IMG/VR virus record: IMGVR_UViG_3300038424_000856
Strand: one strand, 5' to 3'
DNA from: an uncultured virus (IMG/VR IMGVR_UViG_3300038424_000856)
Taxonomy: Duplodnaviria; Heunggongvirae; Uroviricota; Caudoviricetes
Length of the DNA stretch: 64,000 bases
Shown one piece after another: positions 56,472-64,000 of this stretch. Both the position numbers and the translations under genes were made by a program. Below the pieces are notes generated by a model. The model saw nothing but the letters and a program-made list of their open reading frames with translations. It made no database searches and was not told the DNA's origin. Position 1 is the first letter of the stretch; every line of letters starts with the position of its first letter.

Positions 56472-57737
56472 ATGAAGAAATCACAATTAAAATTGATAAT
56501 TTCAGAAATTATAAAGCAGGCAAAATTACTTGAAAATGGGTTATCTCGTAATTGTACTGCTAATGATATTACATGGAAAGGAAAAAAAGGATATCAATGT
56601 TTAAATTGTGGTGCATGGGCTGAACATTCTTGGGATATTAAACATAAAAAACAAAATCCATTAGAAAAACCAAAATTTTTTGAAAATGATTTGAATGAAG
56701 CAATATCTCCAAAAAGTGTTGCTACAATTGAAAAATGGCGAAAAGAAGTCGGAGATAGACAAACTGGTGTAAAATTAATAGATACCGTTTTAGAAAGAAG
56801 ACTTGGATTATTATCAGCAGATTTAGCTGATACTGCTATATTTGCAAATGGATTGGATGCAATAGAAGAAGTGTTAAAGGAGAATAATTATGAAGCTGCT
56901 ATTCGTCAAGCTATAGAAACTGCTAGGGAAATGATAGAGGATGAAGGTGGGGCAGGAATATGGGAAGAATACAGAAAATTACAAGAAGCTCAAGGATGGG
57001 CAGGTGCAGATGATAGATGGATTTCACACCCTATAACAAAAAAGGAACCAAAATATTATAAAGAATATGGTGTAACATATTGTCATATTGACCTAAAAAA
57101 AGAAAAGTGTCCTCCGGGTATGAAAATTTTCCCCTACACAGAAGAACATGTTCCTACAAAGAAAAAATTTCCAAGACAAATATGTTGTTATAATGAAAAT
57201 GATTTTCGCAAATTATTAGGGCATTGGAATACAGCAGTGTGGAAATACGAACCAACTAGTTCAATGTTACAAGAGAAAGTAAATAGGTCAGAATTAAAAT
57301 TTATTATTAAAGAAATTGTCAGAGAAATTTATTCTGAACAATTTCGACAAGATGAAATTAGTAATAAATGGAAAGCATTAGCAAGCGCCGCTTTGGTTGG
57401 ATATGCTGGATTGCATACTCCTTTTGGAACAAAAACCGCTCAACATTGGAGTCAAACACCTGCTGGACAACAAATTGTAATGACGGCTAGACAAATGTGG
57501 AATCAAGTACCACCAGCTCAACGAACAGCAGAAAAGGCTAAACAAATATGGGGTCAAATAATAAAACCGGGTCATATTGATATGCCCAATCCAAACGAAC
57601 CATTACCATCAGAAAAAGGTATGAGTCCTTGGGATTTAGCTGGTAAATATACTGCAAGAAATGTGGACCTTACTCAAAAATTACAACCGTTTGTTAAACG
57701 TTATCTACCTCCTGTTAGTTCAAAGAATCCTTCTTAA
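56472..57737 (+). CDS. Modular putative head-internal polyprotein
   Basis: MKKSQLKLIISEII and internal SELKFIIKEIVRE motifs; domains bounded by LLE, LNE and LQE. Confidence 0.65.
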   Translation: MKKSQLKLIISEIIKQAKLLENGLSRNCTANDITWKGKKGYQCLNCGAWAEHSWDIKHKKQNPLEKPKFFENDLNEAISPKSVATIEKWRKEVGDRQTGVKLIDTVLERRLGLLSADLADTAIFANGLDAIEEVLKENNYEAAIRQAIETAREMIEDEGGAGIWEEYRKLQEAQGWAGADDRWISHPITKKEPKYYKEYGVTYCHIDLKKEKCPPGMKIFPYTEEHVPTKKKFPRQICCYNENDFRKLLGHWNTAVWKYEPTSSMLQEKVNRSELKFIIKEIVREIYSEQFRQDEISNKWKALASAALVGYAGLHTPFGTKTAQHWSQTPAGQQIVMTARQMWNQVPPAQRTAEKAKQIWGQIIKPGHIDMPNPNEPLPSEKGMSPWDLAGKYTARNVDLTQKLQPFVKRYLPPVSSKNPS

Positions 57738-57798
57738 TATATTCAAAATATTCAGTTTAACATTAATTGCCGTTAAATGGATAAGATTTATCTTTTCA

Positions 57799-57827
57799 TT
57801 GACAATCCGCGAATTTTGTGGTATTAT
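57799..57827 (+). promoter_or_regulatory. Sigma70-type promoter
   Basis: TTGACA-N17-TATTAT with a TG extension; ATG at 57837. Confidence 0.8.
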
Positions 57828-57836
57828 ATTTTTATT

Positions 57837-58301
57837 ATGAAAATTGAATTCTATAGAATAGCAGAACCTTATGGAGATTTTTCCAATTTTTCAAGACATC
57901 CAATTGTTTTGAAAGGTAAAGTGTGGCCTACTACAGAGCATTATTTCCAATCACAGAAATTCGCTGGAACTGAACACGAAGAAGATGTAAGGCTTGCCAA
58001 AGGCCCGCGAGCGGCTGCTGAAATAGGACGTGACAGGAATCGTCCTTTAAGAGTTGATTGGGAACAAGTCAAAGAAAGCATTATGAAAGATGCTTTATTA
58101 GCTAAAATTGCACAATATCCTAAAATTAAGGAGCTTTTACTTTCTACTGGAGATGCAGAAATTGTTGAACATAGTTTCAAGGATAGATATTGGGCTGATG
58201 GTGGTGATGGTTCTGGAAAAAACAGATTGGGTATTCTTTGGATGGAAATAAGAAAAGAGTTACAAGATGAAAAGAACCGAACGGCTCCGCAAGGAAGCTG
58301 A
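57837..58301 (+). CDS. NADAR (YbiA-like) family protein
   Basis: FSNFS..P, WPTTEHYFQSQKF, DWE..K, LLSTG...VEHS..D.YWADG...GKNRLG. Confidence 0.92.
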   Translation: MKIEFYRIAEPYGDFSNFSRHPIVLKGKVWPTTEHYFQSQKFAGTEHEEDVRLAKGPRAAAEIGRDRNRPLRVDWEQVKESIMKDALLAKIAQYPKIKELLLSTGDAEIVEHSFKDRYWADGGDGSGKNRLGILWMEIRKELQDEKNRTAPQGS

Positions 58302-58788
58302 AAAAACGATGGAAAAAATTCGCCTAATTGCGAGACATATTCGCAATGTGGAAGATAATTGCGTAATATTAGCAGAAAAATTATTGGCTTTGGGTGAAGT
58401 GGAATTAGCTAGAAATTTGGTTGCTAATGGAATGGTACACGATGCATCTAAATTTTTTGGTATAGAGTGGGAATATCTTTCTCTTGGAAATCCTGTAGAA
58501 GATGTTGCTAAATTGAAAATGAAATTGGCAATTCATCATCATAATTCTACAAATAAACATCACCCCGAAGCTTGGCCGGGTGGCATTAAAGAAATGCCTG
58601 ATGTATATTTGGCAGAATTTTGCTGTGATATTAAAGCAAGAAGTGAGGAATTTGGAACCGACTTACGAAATTGGATTGATGAAGTTGCAACCAAAAAATA
58701 TTGCTTTACTAAAGAGGATGAAGTTTATAAAAAGGTAATGAAATTTGTTGATATGTTGTGTCCGCCGCCGTTTAAAGAAATTAAATAA
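58267..58788 (+). CDS. HD-like protein (DUF5662-like)
   Basis: RHI..V, HDASK, HHHNSTNKHHPE.W...MP...E..CD. Confidence 0.75.
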   Translation: MKRTERLRKEAEKTMEKIRLIARHIRNVEDNCVILAEKLLALGEVELARNLVANGMVHDASKFFGIEWEYLSLGNPVEDVAKLKMKLAIHHHNSTNKHHPEAWPGGIKEMPDVYLAEFCCDIKARSEEFGTDLRNWIDEVATKKYCFTKEDEVYKKVMKFVDMLCPPPFKEIK

Positions 58789-58827
58789 TTGACTTTTGTA
58801 ATAAAGTGTGATATTTTCTTTATAATT

Positions 58828-59232
58828 ATGACACCAAAATCAATAAACATAGCAGTGGCAGAACAAATTGAAAAATTCGGTTCTGATAAAGTAGTTAATA
58901 CAGTTGTGGAGAAATTAGTTAATGCTGAAGTAATTAAACGAGCTGATGCTCTTGCTGCAGCCATTAAGTTATCGGAAGAAACTCTCCGTGAAGCTCGCAA
59001 GGCTTCTAAACCAGACCAAGTAGCTATAAACGCTGATGGTAGTAGAAATGAAACATTTTCTCCAAAAGCATTTGAAGCCAAGAAGAAATTGGATGAAAAA
59101 CTAACCAAGATTGAAAACACAGTAGTAAATGCTACTGAAAAAGGTGAATGGGGTAAATTGTATGAATTGGTAAAGGGCGGCGCTCAGCCAACAGCAGAAA
59201 CCAAACCTGATGACGCCTCAACAAATAATTAA
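58828..59232 (+). CDS. Hypothetical protein
   Basis: ORF trimmed to MTPKSINI after TTGACT-N17-TATTTT (58789-58817). Confidence 0.75.
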   Translation: MTPKSINIAVAEQIEKFGSDKVVNTVVEKLVNAEVIKRADALAAAIKLSEETLREARKASKPDQVAINADGSRNETFSPKAFEAKKKLDEKLTKIENTVVNATEKGEWGKLYELVKGGAQPTAETKPDDASTNN

Positions 59233-59554
59233 TAGAATTCAAAAAGAAGCAGACGCTCGATTGGGTGATACCATCGAGCGTTTGTTTTTAATTTTACGAA
59301 ATCGCCATACACACCAATGCTGGCGGAAGGAATGTGATTGTGAATATTGTCGGTTTATCAATGGTAAATATGTTCATGAAAAACTTGTATTACATGCATT
59401 GAAAAGACGAATTAGAGAACTTGATGATTATTGGAATGCATCTGATTATGAATTACAGTTATTATGGCAATTACAAGCAGACCAATGGAAACAGAAAGCG
59501 AAAATTCGTTTATTGAAAAATCATAAAAAGGAATTACACGAAAATATTGTCTAA
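59210..59554 (+). CDS. Hypothetical protein
   Basis: 114 aa with H..C...CDC.YC; its 5' part overlaps the hairpin, so the start is uncertain. Confidence 0.55.
   Translation: MTPQQIINRIQKEADARLGDTIERLFLILRNRHTHQCWRKECDCEYCRFINGKYVHEKLVLHALKRRIRELDDYWNASDYELQLLWQLQADQWKQKAKIRLLKNHKKELHENIV
59251..59289 (+). terminator. Probable intrinsic terminator
   Basis: AGACGCTCGAT/ATCGAGCGTTT stem followed by GTTTTT, just after the stop at 59232. Confidence 0.6.
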
Positions 59555-59720
59555 TGGAAAAATATAATAAAATTTTTAAGAGAATGTTAAAATATCATTT
59601 TCATAGAGGATTGTGTTATCCATTGGATATAAACTGGTATGGAAATGATGGTCATTATTTAAAAATAATTTTTTACATAGAACTCTTGGACAATCTTAGG
59701 GAAGTGATTCTTAAGAACGC

Positions 59721-59748
59721 TTGACATTTATGCTTTCTCTGATAAACT
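59721..59748 (+). promoter_or_regulatory. Sigma70-type promoter
   Basis: TTGACA-N16-TAAACT with a TG extension; ATG at 59755. Confidence 0.7.
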
Positions 59749-59754
59749 ATCTAT

Positions 59755-60981
59755 ATGAATTTGAATTGGCTTGTTCCAAATACTATTTACATAACTCTCC
59801 ACGGTTCACAGGCTTATGGCTTGAATAATGAATTGTCCGATGTTGATGTAAAAGGTATTGTAATTCCGCCTAAAGAAATAGAAAATAATCTATTTCATCG
59901 CTTTGAGCAGGCAGAAAATGATAAATCTATTGAATCATTTTTGGAGCATTTGAAAAATCCAAAAAATCCAAAATTTGAGTCCACTCTTTACTCTTTGAAA
60001 AAGTTCATGATTTTGGCTGCTAATGTAAATCCCAATATTATTGAACTATTGTGGACCGACCCCAGTAACCATTTTGTTTTTAAATCACCAATGGATGAAT
60101 TGATGGATAGTAGAGATTTATTCTTGTCATCCAAAGCTAAATTTACATTTTCGGGATATGCATATAGTCAATTAGCGAAAATTGAACGACACCGCAAATG
60201 GATTGTTCGTGGTGAATTGACAGAACCAAAAAGAAAAGATTTTGGTTTGCCCGAAGAACGCCCAAGACAAATGAGTGAAATCTTTGGTTTAATCAAATCC
60301 GAAGTTGAACGATGGAATCTATCACAGTTTCCATTAAGTGAAATGGAACGCGACGAATTAAAGTCAACCATTTGGGAATTAATTCTTAATGTTTCAGAAG
60401 TGGACGTTAATGAAGGTAATTGGCCTCAAATGTATGAGGCTGGTGTCATTGAACGTTTGTCCAAGGAATACAACTTGAAGGAAGAAGTAATTGATATTTT
60501 ACAGAGAGAACGACTTTACAAAAAGGAAATAGAAGCCTACAATTCTTGGCTTAATTGGAGAAAGAATCGTAATCCAGCAAGACATGAACTTGAAGTTAAA
60601 TCGGGTTACGATACCAAACATGCTTCACATCTTGTTAGGTTAATGCGAATGGGTTTGGAAATCTTGAATGACCGCAAGGTTATTGTCAAACGTCCTGACC
60701 GTGAGGAAATCTTAGCTATTAAAAATGGTTCATGGTCTTATGAACAGGTTATTGAATTTGCAAATTCCATGCAAGTAAAATTAGATGAAGCTTATAAAAC
60801 TACAACTCTTCCAAAGACTGTGAATTATGAAAAGATTAATGAACTTTATCATAAATTGTATGAGGGGTATCATAATAAAAATTCAAATGTTATTTTTGTT
60901 CAACCTTCCTGTAATCCTGAACCTATCGGTGTAGGCAGGATATCAGATGGACAACCTCTTGAAAATAAATTTTACATGTGA
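59755..60981 (+). CDS. Pol-beta-superfamily nucleotidyltransferase (RlaP / T4 NrdC.11-like)
   Basis: HGSQAYG....SDVDVKG, NPNIIE, FSGYAYSQ, GYDTKHASHLVRL. Confidence 0.85.
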   Translation: MNLNWLVPNTIYITLHGSQAYGLNNELSDVDVKGIVIPPKEIENNLFHRFEQAENDKSIESFLEHLKNPKNPKFESTLYSLKKFMILAANVNPNIIELLWTDPSNHFVFKSPMDELMDSRDLFLSSKAKFTFSGYAYSQLAKIERHRKWIVRGELTEPKRKDFGLPEERPRQMSEIFGLIKSEVERWNLSQFPLSEMERDELKSTIWELILNVSEVDVNEGNWPQMYEAGVIERLSKEYNLKEEVIDILQRERLYKKEIEAYNSWLNWRKNRNPARHELEVKSGYDTKHASHLVRLMRMGLEILNDRKVIVKRPDREEILAIKNGSWSYEQVIEFANSMQVKLDEAYKTTTLPKTVNYEKINELYHKLYEGYHNKNSNVIFVQPSCNPEPIGVGRISDGQPLENKFYM

Positions 60982-61193
60982 TTATGAAAATTACACCAAA
61001 ACAAAGATTTACATTTCAAATAGCAGCTGAAAAAATTATTATAGATATAACTTCTAAGAACGAACCTTGGTCGTCAAGAGTTTTAGCCGATGAAATTGTT
61101 AATATGGTTTTGAATACTTTGGAAAGAAAAAGAAAATCACCAAAAGGTAAAGAACTAAAACCTTGGTTAGCTTTTGGGTTTAAGTCAAAGTAA
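60978..61193 (+). CDS. Hypothetical protein
   Basis: 71 aa ORF in the operon. Confidence 0.55.
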   Translation: MIMKITPKQRFTFQIAAEKIIIDITSKNEPWSSRVLADEIVNMVLNTLERKRKSPKGKELKPWLAFGFKSK

Positions 61194-61203
61194 TTATTAA
61201 AGT

Positions 61204-61428
61204 ATGGCAATTCCACTTAAAAAATTGATTGAAAATCCACACATATTGGATGAATTTTATGAAAAACATAGGGATTATTGTGCGTATTGCAAAGTTCCAT
61301 TACAAGGTTTTATCACCGGTAGAAACAAATGCCCAAAGGGTGTTTGTTGTGATGATTGCTATTATGAAAAACTGGGAGAAGTTATAGAGCGCTACCCAAT
61401 TTGTTCACCAAGAATTCGACGTGGATAA
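61204..61428 (+). CDS. Small zinc-finger protein
   Basis: CAYC...CCDDCY. Confidence 0.7.
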   Translation: MAIPLKKLIENPHILDEFYEKHRDYCAYCKVPLQGFITGRNKCPKGVCCDDCYYEKLGEVIERYPICSPRIRRG

Positions 61429-61431
61429 ACT

Positions 61432-61734
61432 ATGACAAATAAGCGACTTGTATTACAGTGGGAAAATTTATCCATCAAATTTAAATCTGATAATTCCATG
61501 CGACCTTTAAAGGATATGTTTCTTGTCTGCTTGGGAGAACGTGAATGTAATATTAATGACAGGGGAAAAAAGGAGAGACTTGTGATTTTTGATGAAGGCG
61601 GTGGATGTGATGAAGGTGCCCCTATATTTTTTTGTAAATCAGATAATAAAGATAATTGTTGGATATTTGCATGGAATAGTAAAGAAGAAATTTTTATAAA
61701 AAGTAATATAGGAAAGTTTATAAAAAATGAATGA
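61432..61734 (+). CDS. Hypothetical protein
   Basis: 100 aa ORF in the operon. Confidence 0.6.
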   Translation: MTNKRLVLQWENLSIKFKSDNSMRPLKDMFLVCLGERECNINDRGKKERLVIFDEGGGCDEGAPIFFCKSDNKDNCWIFAWNSKEEIFIKSNIGKFIKNE

Positions 61735-62224
61735 TAGATTAAAATTAAGTCATCATTATCCGGGTGCTTATCATTTACCGAATGATTTGTGGACACCGGA
61801 AGAAATTGAAGAAGCGGGGTTTATTTTTGTAGAATATCCAACATTTATTCATCAATTTGATGACCCCACCCATCCTATAATGAAATCGTATATTGATGGA
61901 ACTGTTCCTAATGTATTACCAATGATTTGTAAAACAGCCAGATATTGTGGTGTAGGATACACAAAAACTTATGACCTTGATGCCGGCAGGTGGAGAGGTA
62001 TTGAAAGTGTGTTTGATTATTTTAGTAAAAAAGATATTTTTAAACCTATGATTTTAAAATGGATGAAAGATCAGAAATATCATTACGTTCATAGAATATC
62101 ATTGGAAGATTCTCCGTTTATTTGGAAAGGAACCTTTGGAAGTTCAGAAATGTATTACCACAGACATGCCGTACATGTTAGAGGAACTAAATTGCCTATA
62201 AATCACAATTATGAAAAATGTTAA
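61727..62224 (+). CDS. Hypothetical protein
   Basis: 165 aa ORF overlapping its neighbours. Confidence 0.7.
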   Translation: MNDRLKLSHHYPGAYHLPNDLWTPEEIEEAGFIFVEYPTFIHQFDDPTHPIMKSYIDGTVPNVLPMICKTARYCGVGYTKTYDLDAGRWRGIESVFDYFSKKDIFKPMILKWMKDQKYHYVHRISLEDSPFIWKGTFGSSEMYYHRHAVHVRGTKLPINHNYEKC

Positions 62225-62477
62225 ATATGTTGATCCCAAAACAGTAAAACTTATTGATTTGGTGAGAGATAATAAGGTTGTAAGATTTGTTTATTTCAGG
62301 GATAATGAATTTTGGTATCAACACCAAGATGGATTTTTATTTCCAATTTCTCTTCAAGAAGCCACTACAGGTCGTGCTACATTCCTTGCCGAAGATAAAG
62401 CAATCTATTTTATGCGTTGGATGAAACGTTATATTGAAGTGTGTAAAACTGAGGATGTAAATAATACTACAAATTAA
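62211..62477 (+). CDS. Conserved-type phage protein
   Basis: V.F.YFRDNE.WY....FLFPI......ATFLAEDKAIYFMRW. Confidence 0.75.
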   Translation: MKNVKYVDPKTVKLIDLVRDNKVVRFVYFRDNEFWYQHQDGFLFPISLQEATTGRATFLAEDKAIYFMRWMKRYIEVCKTEDVNNTTN

Positions 62478-62484
62478 GTAGATA

Positions 62485-63093
62485 TTATCCTTCTTTTGGT
62501 TTTTTAACAACCCAAGGTTTTATTATCTTGCTTAGAGGAACTGTTGGAACAGGTGCAATTGGTGTAGGGCCTTGGCTAAGTTTAGATACATTATATTCAT
62601 ATTTGTAAGCGTTAAAAATTCTGTATGTAAGACTTTCAGTATAACGCTGAAGTAATATAAGTTTTTCTTGAGCTGTAAACAGGTCGTCTCCTATTTTATG
62701 GGGGTCTGTGGATTTTAATCTCCTTCTTTTTAAATCTACATTATTAAATTCCAAGTAATCACCAAAAGTATAATCGTGTATGTTATCAGCGATATCTTTT
62801 ACTGATTTAACAACTTTCATTTTATCTCTAAAATCATTATAATAGTATGATGGAAGAAATTTTCCTTGAGGACCACTAACATTACTAATTGTTTTTGATA
62901 CTGATACGAATGGAATTCCTCTTAAATGTCTAAAATTTGAGTCAAGATACATTGCGTAATTTTCCTTATTGCCATCTACGAAAACAATAACTGAGGGGGT
63001 GGGTAAACTTTCCAACAAATCTACAATATGATTGACATCTAATGGAGTTCTGCCGCTTCTTGTCGTTTCTCCAACTTCATTTAATTTTTTTTT
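62485..63093 (-). CDS. Hypothetical protein; probable frameshifted C-terminal continuation of 63081..63863
   Basis: The frame is open upstream of the TTG at 63018 through the A9 run and reads KKKLNEVGETTRSG... Confidence 0.6.
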   Translation of the reverse strand, partial: KKKLNEVGETTRSGRTPLDVNHIVDLLESLPTPSVIVFVDGNKENYAMYLDSNFRHLRGIPFVSVSKTISNVSGPQGKFLPSYYYNDFRDKMKVVKSVKDIADNIHDYTFGDYLEFNNVDLKRRRLKSTDPHKIGDDLFTAQEKLILLQRYTESLTYRIFNAYKYEYNVSKLSQGPTPIAPVPTVPLSKIIKPWVVKKPKEG

Positions 63094-63863
63094 AAGTGTT
63101 GTTCGGTAAGACTTTCTTCTTCATCCGATACTTCACCTATTCTTGGAGCAGGTGCTGAAATTTCTTGTTGTGGAATTGCAGAAGCAATTTCGTCCAAGGA
63201 TTGTATTTCAAAATATCTTTCCATTTTTCTACCCATATCTTCGTAAAGAGCATTTAATTGCTGAAGACCACCGTAACATTCTTTGGCTCGTTTTGAAAAA
63301 TCTTTGGTAATCTTTTTTACTTCATTAAAATCTCTTTTGACAACTTCGGCTTGAAAATAATCACCAGATTCGGTCATAGCGTAAGATTCTGCCATTTGAC
63401 CAATTTCAGAAAGATTTTTTGCCATTTCCATTAAAGCCGTTTCACATCGTAAAACTTTTCCATATTCGTTGAATTTGCTAACCTTCTCCATCAATTCTTT
63501 TTTTTGTTGTGGGGAAAGTTTTTTAACTTCATCACCAAATCTAGCACCACCATCTCTGGGAATATTGGATAAATTTTCAACAATTTTCTTTAGACTAAAC
63601 TCTTGTACTTCTAAATTTTCTTTCATAAGATTTTCGGTTTCTTCTTCTTTCCCAAACATTTTATCTTGACAGTTTTGGCAAAGACCACTAATTCTAAATT
63701 CTTTTCTACTTTGTTCATCACGAAATTTATTCACATCTACAGGTTTATGACAGAAAGGACAAATTTTATCGATAATAGCTTTTTTTCTGTCAATGCCCGT
63801 TAATCTCTTGATATCAGTATCAAGTTGTGGATCTTTTTCAGCTGGGCTCCAATCGCCATTCAT
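63081..63863 (-). CDS. Putative head-associated late protein
   Basis: ATG after the CTATTTATA motif; CPFC..CQNCQD zinc finger; LYEDMG..MERYF. Confidence 0.7.
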   Translation of the reverse strand: MNGDWSPAEKDPQLDTDIKRLTGIDRKKAIIDKICPFCHKPVDVNKFRDEQSRKEFRISGLCQNCQDKMFGKEEETENLMKENLEVQEFSLKKIVENLSNIPRDGGARFGDEVKKLSPQQKKELMEKVSKFNEYGKVLRCETALMEMAKNLSEIGQMAESYAMTESGDYFQAEVVKRDFNEVKKITKDFSKRAKECYGGLQQLNALYEDMGRKMERYFEIQSLDEIASAIPQQEISAPAPRIGEVSDEEESLTEQHLKKN

Positions 63864-64000
63864 ATGTCTTATAAATAGGGCCGGTTTTCCCATTTTTGCT
63901 TATAATTAGCAAAATATTCTTCAAGGTCTTTAAATTTTAGGAATGTTCGTTTTTCTTTTTTTGTTCTATCTTCAATAATAAAACCTGTGCCTTTTTTATG

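Noticed and set aside
8570..61796. Many short antisense or alternate-frame ORFs inside long genes
   Set aside because: Fully nested in well-supported genes, with no motifs or expression signals

Overview
AT-rich (about 30% GC by eye) segment of a large lytic myovirus with T4-like virion architecture; there is no rRNA, host housekeeping operon, integrase or CRISPR array. Nearly all genes are on the + strand and use the standard genetic code. 1-7.9 kb is an RNA-rich island. It holds 15 CCA-ending tRNA genes with small ORFs between them, a compact RNase P RNA, a circularly permuted tRNA-like (YrlA Y-RNA-like) element, a T-armless mini-tRNA, degenerate tRNA remnants and four unnamed multi-hairpin RNAs with closed ends. 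8-11.8 kb carries accessory genes (TyrA-like dehydrogenase, SMR transporter, HD hydrolase, PhoH). 11.8-39.7 kb encodes fibre-like proteins, a late sigma-like factor, baseplate (gp5/gp25/gp6-like) and tail proteins, and RuvC. 39.7-57.7 kb encodes primase, a fused Mre11-Rad50, large terminase, portal, prohead protease and several modular putative head-internal polyproteins. 57.8-62.5 kb encodes NADAR, an HD-like protein, a Pol-beta nucleotidyltransferase and small ORFs. The last 1.5 kb is a convergent - strand gene probably split at an A9 run. The most novel signals are the non-coding RNA toolkit in the tRNA island, leaderless early genes, the head polyproteins and apparent CCWGG/GATC avoidance. 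All calls come from motif reading by eye; no database search was run.
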